Origin: Octopus vulgaris
Lineage: Eukaryota
Length of the DNA: 64,000 bases
Reading direction: 5' to 3'
NCBI GenBank assembly: GCA_951406725.2
Contig: OX597826.1
Span: 63,116,001-63,180,000, forward strand
Shown: positions 56,235-64,000 of the stretch, one piece after another
How the letters are laid out: each line of letters starts with the position of its first letter
Position numbering within the stretch: position 1 is the first letter of the stretch
Position numbers and translations under genes: made by a program
The notes under the pieces: generated by a model
The model's database searches: none
The model's input: only the letters and a program-made list of their open reading frames with translations
What the model was told of the DNA's origin: nothing

Positions 56235-57591
56235 TAAGAATGTATATGAATGATTTTGGTTGCCGTGAGGAGTGGAAAATGAAAGCTGACATTTCAGAAA
56301 CAAATCCTTCGACGCCGTTGTAGCCACTACCTCGAGCACATGTAATCAAAAATTCAGACATTTTGTTTCTTACGTAAACCCATATTGGCATGTATCTATT
56401 GTGGACTTGTTCTGTTTCCTGGTGGCAAATATACAACAAAAGCACTTTCACTGGATTTGAACTGATGGTTACATACATATAACATATGTATACACATATA
56501 TACAAATACCTATGGATGTTAAACATAAACCAGTAAGTACTTATATAATTGTTACTTCAAGTTCCATACCACTTTATTCAAGCAACAATGCTGACTTAAT
56601 TTCACATCAAGTTTAGATTAACATCTACAGAATTAGTATACCGGAGGCGTCCGAAGTGGACGTTTCCAAAGTGTGGCAAGGAGTCTTCTAGGTTGAGCGG
56701 GGTTGAGTATTCCGATCAGTAGTCTGGTGCTGAGAACTGAATATGAGACGAGAAGACAGTCGGCATCCGTGTGATGCACACCCACTATACCCTGGTACCT
56801 CAGTCTATGGGTCAAGTAAATATAAGAATCACAGTCAGGAACATGTGCGTAAGGTCATGGCTAAACGTGATGTTCTCAAAGCAGAGTGAGAAAGTTGCAA
56901 GAACAGGATCAACTCGGAAAAACAAACCGGTTGAGAGTCAGCATGATTCACATAATTCATTCCAACATCACTTTCTCTGTAGAGAGTGTACGTGTTTAAC
57001 CTATATGCATATGTTAAATTATTATAGGCATTTGTATATATCTATACACGTGTAGTATACGTATATAATCAGCAATTCAAATCCAGTGAAGGGTTTTACG
57101 CTGCTAACAGGGTGCAGAAGCAACACAGAATTAGTTCGTAAGAGGAAGAAACCTCATATCTGGAGCAGTAGTTCAGTGTATAGAACCTAATTGTTCGACT
57201 GATTTAACGATATGTCATACTTCTGCTCAACCAAGAGTGAAGTGGAGCTGCAAGGTAACAACATTGTCGAACGATAAGGTAAAAGTTACATACCCAAACA
57301 CTAGTTATATGGATAGGACTCTGCCTATCTCCTATAGTACAAATGAAAACTTTTATGTGTGTCGTGTATTTCCAGAAACAATACACATTCTTATCAGGAT
57401 GTTCTACACTTCTTTTTAAAATATCCTCAGAGACACATTAATGTCACATAATTGTTCTTCATACACCTAGCTACCCGGTGTAGAAAAATCCCTGGGATAG
57501 TTATGTAAACGTACGCTAGAAAATACCTTTATAAAATTAGCTTACAAATATTATCTACCATGATAAAAAATAACAATAGCTTACTAATTAG

Positions 57592-59929
57592 TAGTGATAT
57601 AGCGATACTAAATGACCATAATGATGTGCAGAATAGAATTGAAAGTTAAGGATGACCGAACTGTTGAATTAAAAGTCAGTTAAACAGTTACGTAATTATG
57701 TTTGAAGCAATTCATTTGTAACTGACGCAACTACTGTGATAAAGAACAAAATCTGTAAAGACACAGACAGCTTGTCTTTAAGAATAGATAGAATTACGTT
57801 TCAGAATATAGCAATCCTAGGATCTGTAAATAAACGCTGCAATCAACAGCTGTTTGACTTGGACATTAGTGATTGTGCCCCTCTTGTTGGTATCTTTACC
57901 CATCAGAGCCATCATTCCAGTCTAATATAACTTGGAATGTTTCCGGTCTGCTAAAAGTGATGACAAACGTCTATTAAGAACATAATAAAGAATATTGTTA
58001 TATAGCCATGAAACATACACCGTGCTCCTCCCGTAGTCACTGACTGCCAACTATATCTCGGTTGTGTTTATCGGTGTTTTGCAACACATCACCTCCTTTG
58101 CCGAGAAGGTCGCGGCAGATCGTTGAAGTAGACACTTAAATCCACCGTTTCCTGTCAACCACTACACCAAAATGATCAACAAAAGTACTGCTCTAAAACA
58201 GCACACATCTATTTCCAATATGATAGCAGGCATACATCATGGCAGATCAACAGGTGAATTGTGGCAGATCAATGGCTGAATTGTGGCAGAATAATAGTGG
58301 AATTGTCTCCCGACCGCGATTTTATCACTTGAGTCAATCGGATAGCTTTCACTTGCTTGTGTCTAAGAACTCGCATCTTAGCTCAAACATAATACTCTTG
58401 GATACTAGCTAACCTAAGAAGACACATTCTCAATGCCAAAGAAAACTCGTTCTCAATGCCAAAAGGAAAATATATAAGAAACCATACAGAAGGGAAACAC
58501 GAAAAATGGACACAAAACAAATAACAAAAATAAAAGAACTGAGAACGTGAATATCGAAGATTGAGCTAATAATAAAATAGCAAAACCATTTCCTAAAACA
58601 CCAAACCGAACAAGAATAACACATACAAAATAAAAGTATATGAGGAAGCCTTAAGAATAGGAAGTTCTAAAGATAGCAATTTTGAACATGAGAATCTAAA
58701 GGTGAAAATAATTAAAGAACCAAAATCAATAGACCAGTAAAAGTAAACCCGAAAGATAAAAACAGTGATGAAATAATACCAAGAATATCAAAGGTAATCC
58801 TCATCATAGCAAACCAAATTAAAACTGACATCGTTATCCCCAGATTAAACAAAATAAAATATGCATTAGTCACGGTAGTTATAATATGGCTATACGGTAG
58901 TTAGTTACACGGTAGTTACAGTAGCCATAGTAGTTACAATTTAAAGTGTGTATTCCCCTCCGATCTACTGATATATGAATATCAAACTCAAACAAACAAT
59001 ATGGAAAATAAACAAGCAAAAATGTTAGAAATTAAAATGGACGATCTTTCGATCCTCATTTGATATCAATAAAGAAAATATACAACTTCAAAAAGAATGA
59101 CGGAGAAGTATTACAGAAATACGAAATACAAATGAAGTGCCCGAAATCAAAGAACGACTTATAAAAACAAATAAGTGATTCTTGCTAAATCGCCAAGACT
59201 CTGTTGGTTTGAAAGGCGACACTCTTTGAAGAAAACAAACATTTCTACTCCCATCCATCAAGAGCTAAAATAGAAATCTATGCAACGCCAAAAGCAACAC
59301 AAGTTGAAGGACTTTGATGTGGAAATTAGTTGAAATTAATTACCAAATCGAAATACTGCATACTGCAACAATGCCATCGTCGAAAACTATATCATCATAT
59401 GAAGAAGCCCATACACAACAAAAATACAAACAAGGGGGAGGCACTAGAACATAATATTTCTGGTTAAATCATAAAGCAGAGAACATAAAGTTGCTAGCAG
59501 AGATGTTTAGTAAGATACTAAAGGAGCCGAAGAAAACACTTCACCTGCTCTCTGGAAAGAGAATCTTTTCAATCCGTATGACTAAAGAAACGGAGAAAAA
59601 CTAGAAGCGACGAGCCGATAATCATTCTTTATAAAGCCATTTATATTCTGCAGTAATATCGGAGAGAAAAAAGTGATGAAAAGAAGGAAAAAAACACTTG
59701 CTTCCAGAAGCATAGAAAAATTGCTGCAAAAGTTTGATATGGTTCTGAAGAGTCATTACTGATCAACAATAACTTAGTGACATAGCGATACTAAATGACT
59801 ATAATGATGTGCAGAAAAGAACTGAAATTTAAGGATGACCGATCTTTTGAATTAAAAGACAGCTAAACAGTTACGTAATGTTTGAAGCAATTCATTTATA
59901 ACTGACACAACTACTGTGATAAAGAACAA
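57592..59929 (+). repeat. about 157-bp diverged direct repeat (57592-57749 and 59775-59929)
   Basis: TAGTGA.ATAGCGATACTAAATGAC.ATAATGATGTGCAGAA...CAACTACTGTGATAAAGAACAA occurs twice, about 2.2 kb apart. Confidence 0.9.
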
Positions 59930-60574
59930 TTTTGTAGAAGATGAAAGACAGGTCTGAACATGGCATGGACTAACTTCTTGGACTTTTAAGTATCCCAACA
60001 ATCCTGATAATATTAGATAGAAGTTATCTCCAGTACATCATGCGTAAATTGCAAGCAATTTTGCAGATAGAAACAAAAAGCGAATTACAATAACTAAATT
60101 CATCCTCATGAGGTTATTCCCGTTCTCCACCACTTTTTCTGCCCTGACTTGAGACCTTTACTGATATGTTAGGCACTAATGGATTCAGATATAATGTGCA
60201 ACCAACCATAATTTTTATACGGATGAACTCACGTGAATATCTTGGTAAGAATTCTGTGTTTGTGTGTGTGTGTGATAAACAGCTAACACTGCTACATAGA
60301 GTAGACATGTGTATAAGAGAAGGAAGTAATATTACGATTCAGATTAGGAAAATGCACCAAGGCAACGTTAAAGGGTGGAGAATTAAAAACACTAAGAACA
60401 TCAGAAAGGTAAGTCTCTGTTCTCATTCCTTGTTATCTTATCCAGCAGAGAGAAACACTGCCGGCTTTTAAGCACAATGGAAAATGGTGAGACGACGCGA
60501 TAGCAGTAATAAATTTTTATGGTAAATACATACATGCTAACACACGGAATTAGCTGAACATACACCGTTCGATC

Positions 60575-60631
60575 AGTCCTCCTTGAAGATGTCTATGGAA
60601 TAGACGAAACGAGGCGTCTTGTCTGAGGATT
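60575..60631 (+). ncRNA. type-I hammerhead fold, core UUGAAGA, long palindromic stem III
   Basis: AGUCCUCC-[UUGAAGA]-U-GUCUAU(GGA)AUAGAC-GAA-ACGAGGCGUCUUGU-C^UGAGGAUU. One closing mismatch in stem I. Confidence 0.6.
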
Positions 60632-60859
60632 TTCGAGTCGGCGTTGGGCGGTTGCCTCTCCCGTTAGCTTGTATCTTCGCTCTTCCTACAGCATTAAGAA
60701 TATTTTAACTCTTATTTCTAGCAATGTAGGTGCGTCGGCACCCTTAGTCACAGTTAGTGTGACTAACGATGCCGACGAATTAGTGAATTTTTCCATTTTG
60801 GTATCACATAGTGCCTAGTTGTTTCTATTAAGATATATATATATATACATATATATATA

Positions 60860-61094
60860 TACTTTATTTAAAAGCAGCAGAAATTCAACAAAACCTGTTA
60901 CTCGGCGTTTCACGCTCCCGTTCGTCGGACAGTTTTGTTAAAAAAAAAAAAAACTGTCCGACGAACGGGGACGTGAAACTCCGAGTAACAGGTTTTGTTG
61001 AATTTCTGCTGCTTTCAAATAAAGCATATTACTCTACCCCTGGTATTTGAGTACTGTTTTTTTCCACCTTGTTTCACATTTATGTGTTTACTCC

Positions 61095-61097
<3 letters not shown>
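60860..61097. repeat. palindromic Penelope-like insertion in (TA)n, about 77-bp arms
   Basis: Arms 60860-60936 and 60950-61027 surround a poly-A spacer, with a unique 3' extension to 61097. Each arm starts with a hammerhead fold. Confidence 0.92.
60950..60996 (+). ncRNA. minimal type-I hammerhead fold, core CCGACGA
   Basis: AAAACUGU-[CCGACGA]-ACG(GGGA)CGU-GAA-ACUC(C)GAGU-A^ACAGGUUUU. Mirror copy on the minus strand at 60891-60936. Confidence 0.68.
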
Positions 61098-61157
<60 letters not shown>

Positions 61158-61381
61158 GCATATGTATGTATCAAGACAATTTGATTCAAATTCGTTGGTA
61201 CTCTTGAGATTCAAGCGTGATGGTAGTCGTCAGCCGTATATATATATATATATATATTAGTGAATTGAAGAAATGGAGTTGAACGAAGATTGAACAGAAA
61301 GGCTTTTGATTAATCTGCAACAAGATTAATTTGATTAAACTTTTGATTAATCTGCAACAAGATTATTCATCTTTCTATTTC

Positions 61382-61445
<64 letters not shown>

Positions 61446-61844
61446 CCGACATATCAAGGACTCTTTTACTTTAAGGGCCGTATTGACGGAGAAAGTGTGC
61501 TGTGGGCTAGAGAGATTGATAAACATAATACCGCGCTTGGTACATAATTGATACAAATAATAATTTATTCGAAACAAGTCAAACTATCACAGTTTGTTAT
61601 CACAAACTCTCGAAACATTGCTTATTTTCGGCAGTTTCTCGCAGAGGCCACATTTCTTTATTCCTCTATTCCTAGGAGGCATAATCCATCCCTTACAGTA
61701 TGTCTTGCCTTATCTAATAACTGTATTACATTAAAGATACACATTCTTAATTTACCTAAATGCAAAATATTCCGAGAAAGATAAATGGAATATTAATAAA
61801 TTTTAATCATCTACCTGCCAGCTATAGCTGGCACGTAGATGCAA

Positions 61845-62715
61845 TTTTGTTATGTTATATTATATTATATTATATTATATCATATTATATTAAATTATGT
61901 TATATTATTTTATATTATATTGTTATATTATATTATGCTATATTATATCAAATTATATTATGTTATATTATATCATATTATAGTATGTTATATCATATTA
62001 CATTATATATAATGTTGTATTATTATATCATTTTATTATGTTATATAATATTATGATATATTGTGTTATATAATAATAATATATTATGTTATGTTATATT
62101 ATATTATGTTATGTTATATTATGTTATATTATATTATGATATATTGTGTTATATAATAATAATATATTATATTATGTTATATTATATTATGTTATGTTAT
62201 ATATATATATATATATAATATATTATGTTATATTATGTTATATTATATCATATTATGTTATATTATGTTATATTATATTATGTTATGTTATATTATGTTA
62301 TATAATAATATATTATGTTATATTATGTTATATTATATCATATTATGTTATATTATGTTATATTATATTATATTATGTTATATTATATTATGCTATATTA
62401 TATTATGTTATATTATATTATGTTATGTTATATTATGTTATATAATAATATATTATGTTATATTATGTTATATTATATCATATTATGTTATATTATATTA
62501 TATTATATTATGTTATATTATATTATGTTATATTATGTTATATTATGTTATATAATAATATATTATGTTATATTATGTTATATTATATCATATTATGTTA
62601 TATTATATTACATTATAGTGCATAATGCTATATCATATTATATATGTTATGTTATATTATATCATTTTATGTTATACTACATTATATTATATTATATCAT
62701 ATTATATTATATTAT
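61845..62715. repeat. pentanucleotide (TATTA/TATGT)n satellite with higher-order blocks
   Basis: 5-nt periodicity; the block TATAATAATATATTATGTTATATTATGTTATATTATATCATATT recurs at about 62301, 62441 and 62551. Confidence 0.92.
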
Positions 62716-63143
62716 CTATACATCGTATGCGAACCCCTAAACTCTTAGATCAGACAGTTATTCGCCACGATGTGATACTTCCAAACTGCCAAACTATTTT
62801 TCTTTCTGTCTCGCGTTCTCTTCCTTTTCTTTTCTTTTTCCTTCCCTCCTTTTTCTTTTTCTTTTTTTCTTTCGTTTTCTTCTTTGTTTATACAATTGAT
62901 CAAAGAATACCTCGAAGCACAGAACAATGCTGTGGAAGGAACACATGTAAGATTCTCAGAGCTGCGGGTCTACAAACCATTTTGCAACATTCATGGCTTC
63001 TCTGTAGCACTGGACAATCCAAAATTCAGTGCTGGCACCACGACCACCACCACCACCACCACCTCCGCCACCAATGTTTACAAACAGCATTGCGTCCATC
63101 AGCATTATTTTACCATCATCATCATCATCATCTTCATCATCAA

Positions 63144-63182
<39 letters not shown>

Positions 63183-63659
63183 TTCCACCAATGTGAGGAT
63201 TCCTCGCGTAATTATCCTCAGTTCAAAGCGATGCCAATTAGAAACGCTGCCTAAGACGAATACACACACACACACACACACAAACACACATACAAACCAA
63301 AAAGCAAATTTAAAAAGGAAAAAAAAAAAAAATGATAACAATCAAAGCAAAAAAACAACAAAAAAAAACTTCTCAGCTTAAACCCTATCAGTGTTTATAT
63401 TGATGTTGCTGTCGTTGTTGTTGTTGCTATTGATGGTGGTGGTGGTGCGGCAGAAGTGGTGGTGGTGGTGACGGCGGCGGCGGCGGCGACGATGCTGCTG
63501 CTGCTTATGATGATGATGATGACGGTGTATACGATGATAACGATGATGATGATGATGATGACGACGACAACGACAAGGATTATGATGGTGACGGCGACGA
63601 CGACGACGACGATGATGACGATGATGATGATGATGATGATGATGATGAGGATGATGATG

Positions 63660-63708
<49 letters not shown>

Positions 63709-63749
63709 GGATGATGATGAGGATGATGATGATGAGGAGGAGGATGATG

Positions 63750-63781
<32 letters not shown>

Positions 63782-64000
63782 GAGGAGGAGGAGGAGGAGG
63801 AGGAGGAGGATAATGTTGATGATAATGCAGTATTTTTTAACTTCAAGCTAATTGTAATTACAACAAATTTCATATCTGTCTTTGAAAATTCTATAAATAT
63901 CATCTTTTTTTCTGGTTTTATTTATTTATTTATTTACATATTTATTTTTATTTATTTGCTTATAAAAGTATTGGGCAGGTGGGTGGGTGGGTGGTCCAGA

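Noticed and set aside
62884-63381. ORF IQLIKEYLEAQNNAVEGTH... with a possible GTAAGA donor
   Set aside because: Weak acceptor placement, no recognisable homology, and the ORF runs into repeats.

Overview
Eukaryotic, AT-rich, microsatellite-saturated non-coding DNA. The repeat content suggests an octopus or other cephalopod genome, but that is inference. Almost all ORFs in the supplied track are translations of (TA)n, (TG)n, (TATG)n, (GATA)n or trinucleotide tracts. No intact gene is evident; there are only weak candidate exons near 26-27.6 kb. The window is a transposon graveyard: three tRNA-type SINE families, decayed Tc1/mariner transposases and MITEs, Helentron/DINE-like non-autonomous elements, and 3' remnants of R4/Dong, Tx1/L1 and RTE LINEs. 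The most notable structure is (1) a set of short, mostly (TA)n-embedded Penelope-like fragments carrying minimal type-I hammerhead ribozyme folds with different non-canonical cores (CCGANGA, GUGAACA with a C3G/G8C swap, CUGUCGA, UUGAAGA); (2) about nine inverted-repeat insertions, head-to-head with 3' ends pointing outward wherever polarity can be read; (3) a SINE that shares its 3' tail with a (GATA)n-embedded Tx1 LINE, with that tail landing at one fixed site inside the SINE and building tandem arrays; and (4) a local duplication that preserves both an empty and a filled (TA)n site. All folds and alignments were done by eye.
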